A stretch of DNA of 20,000 nucleotides from Savitreella phatthalungensis (taxonomy: Eukaryota): NCBI GenBank assembly GCA_051599415.1, contig AP039708.1:241420-261419 (forward strand), written 5' to 3'. The notes below the pieces were generated by a model, which was given only the letters and a program-made list of their open reading frames with translations, ran no database searches and was not told where the DNA came from. The first letter of the stretch is position 1. Each line of letters starts with the position of its first letter. Shown in pieces: positions 18,509-20,000 of this stretch. Made by a program: the position numbers and the translations under genes.

Positions 18509-18612
18509 CCAGCAGCAGCAGCACGGCACAGCAGTACGGCGCAGCAGTGGTGGCAGTAGCAGCAGCAGTAGCAGCAGCAGTGATTGCAGCAGTAGCTGTA
18601 GTAGTGGCAGTA
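18509..18612. repeat. Degenerate (GCA/GTA/GTG)n triplet repeat
   Basis: agcagcagcagca...gcagcagtggtggcagtagcagcagcagtagcagcagcagtg...gtagtagtggcagta. Confidence 0.75.
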
Positions 18613-19254
18613 TTAGAAGGAGTGAAGGGAATGTCAGAAGTAGTCAGTGTGGTAGCCGTAGTAGCCATCACAGTCAATAAAACACAGACTAGATAGTAGA
18701 ATGAGGCATACAAGGAGCACAGACAGGCACAGACACAACGTAGTGGACAGATTACAGTGCATGAGAGTGGCAAGTGCATGCAATGGTGCACGAGGCAGTC
18801 AAGAGGAGCAAGTGAGAGTGAATTAGAGTAAGTTGTGGAGGAAAGGGCACAGCACAGCGCCAGCAATGGATTGGACAAGCAACAGTGGAGGAAACAGTGC
18901 ATGCCATGTGACAATGGAGTCAATCACAGTCAATTGATGTTGCACAACAGGCGCCAGCATGAGACCAGGGCCAAGTAGATGATGTTCACAACAAGCAGAG
19001 ACAGAGTCAGTGGCAGGGGCCAGGTGTTCAAACAACAAGTGACAGTGCAGGAATGATGTATATCAAGCGATGTTGCAGTGTTTAACAGATGACAGCATTT
19101 GACAAATTGCAGTACAGTGATGGAACAAAGTACAGTGCAGGCAACAGTGAGTGACAGAAACAGAAAACAGTAGATGAGAGGTGAACAGCAATTGGCAGAT
19201 CAAGGGTTTGACAAATGTTGGGTCACAGAGCGGGGCAGTGGGTCAGGTGACGGT

Positions 19255-19453
19255 GCAGGCGACAGCATTTGCCAGATGATGGTGCAGGTAAAGGCATTTG
19301 ACAGATGTGTTGCAGGTAAAAGCGTTTGACAGATGTGTTGCAGGTAAAGATGTTTGACAGGTGGCAGTGCAGGTAACAGCATTTGACAGGCGACATGCAG
19401 GTAAGAGAGTGTGACAGGTGACATGCATGTGACGGCATTTGGCAGGAGATGGT
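19255..19453. repeat. Minisatellite, 7 copies of 28-29 bp
   Basis: Units start at 19255, 19284, 19312, 19340, 19369, 19397 and 19425; approximate consensus GCAGGTAAAAGCATTTGACAGATGTGTT. Confidence 0.85.
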
Positions 19454-19714
19454 GCAGTTGCAGATGAAACAGGTGACAGAGCGGATAACAGTCGGAATGT
19501 GGGGAGTAAATGGCATGGGATGTTTCAGGTAAACAGGAAGAAGAGTGTCAGACAGATGGGGTGTTGAGAGCAGGAGTACAGCAGAGAGAGGAGCAGCACA
19601 GAGGAGCACCAAGACGACAGCAAGATGATGATGATGTTTAAGACCAGCAGGCGCGTATGCGTGCGGACAAGTGAGGTGTAGCAAGGCAGCAGGCATGAGC
19701 AGAGAAACAAGGTT

Positions 19715-19754
19715 AGCAAGCAAGCGAGCAAGCGAGCAAGCAAGCAAGCGAGCA
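19715..19754. repeat. (AGCR)10 tetranucleotide repeat
   Basis: agca agca agcg agca agcg agca agca agca agcg agca. Confidence 0.85.
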
Positions 19755-19809
19755 AAGCAGAGCAAGGGTTGGGGCATTGGATAGTTTGACGGCGGTTAGT
19801 TTTTGTGGG

Positions 19810-19929
19810 TCAGGGTCAGGGTTAGGGTTAGGGTTAGGGTTAGGGTTAGGGTTAGGGTTAGGGTTAGGGTTAGGGTTAGGGTTAGGGTTAGGGTTAGGGT
19901 TAGGGTTAGGGTTAGGGTTAGGGTTAGGG
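19810..19929 (+). repeat. Telomere: 2 variant TCAGGG units + (TTAGGG)18
   Basis: Perfect TTAGGG array at 19822-19929 with the G-rich strand running 5'->3' toward the end of the sequence, as expected for a right chromosome end. Confidence 0.98.
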
Positions 19930-20000
19930 TGCTGTTCTCGCAAAGGCAGAAAGTAGTCTTAACCTTAGCAATACGTAACTGAACGAAGTACAGACAAAAA
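19928..20000 (-). other. Untrimmed Oxford Nanopore native barcode (NB06) and adapter; artefact
   Basis: GGTGCTG flank + TTCTCGCAAAGGCAGAAAGTAGTC (19935-19958; matches barcode 06 as I recall it) + TTAACCTT + AGCAATACGTAACTGAACGAAGTACA, the reverse complement of the ONT adapter TGTACTTCGTTCAGTTACGTATTGCT. Confidence 0.95.

Larger units (their letters stand above)
18340..19809. repeat. Subtelomeric low-complexity, CpG-depleted block
   Basis: Shift to purine-rich, CA/TG-rich sequence with triplet, tetranucleotide and 28-29 bp repeats and no credible ORF, directly proximal to the telomere. The left boundary is approximate. Confidence 0.7.

Noticed and set aside
19255..19453. CRISPR-like array
   Set aside because: Head-to-tail degenerate units without unique spacers, in a eukaryotic context with no cas genes.
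19713..19943. 76-aa (PN)n ORF and other subtelomeric ORFs
   Set aside because: These are translations of telomeric or low-complexity repeats and adapter sequence.

Overview
Right-hand chromosome end of a very gene-dense, intron-poor, GC/CpG-rich fungus. MNN9, PRM10 and TTAGGG telomeres point to an ascomycete; a Taphrinomycotina-like yeast is only an inference. Bases 1-16.3 kb hold tightly packed genes: a secreted S/T/P-rich protein running off the left edge (missing from the ORF track), a small membrane protein, CPD photolyase PHR1, EXO5 (one 40-nt intron), a Far3/SIKE-like coiled-coil protein, MCM4, a JmjC protein, MNN9, PRO2, PHB1, an intron-containing tRNA-Arg(UCG), a Ure2/Nu-class GST and PRM10. 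About 2 kb with no recognisable gene follows. Then comes a ~1.4 kb subtelomeric block with strong CpG loss, a 28-29 bp minisatellite and microsatellites, then (TTAGGG)18. The last ~70 nt are an untrimmed Oxford Nanopore barcode and adapter. I see no clear new multi-gene system. The best leads are the CpG-hypermutated subtelomere, the photolyase-EXO5 pair 33 bp apart, and a PIP-box-like photolyase N-terminus.
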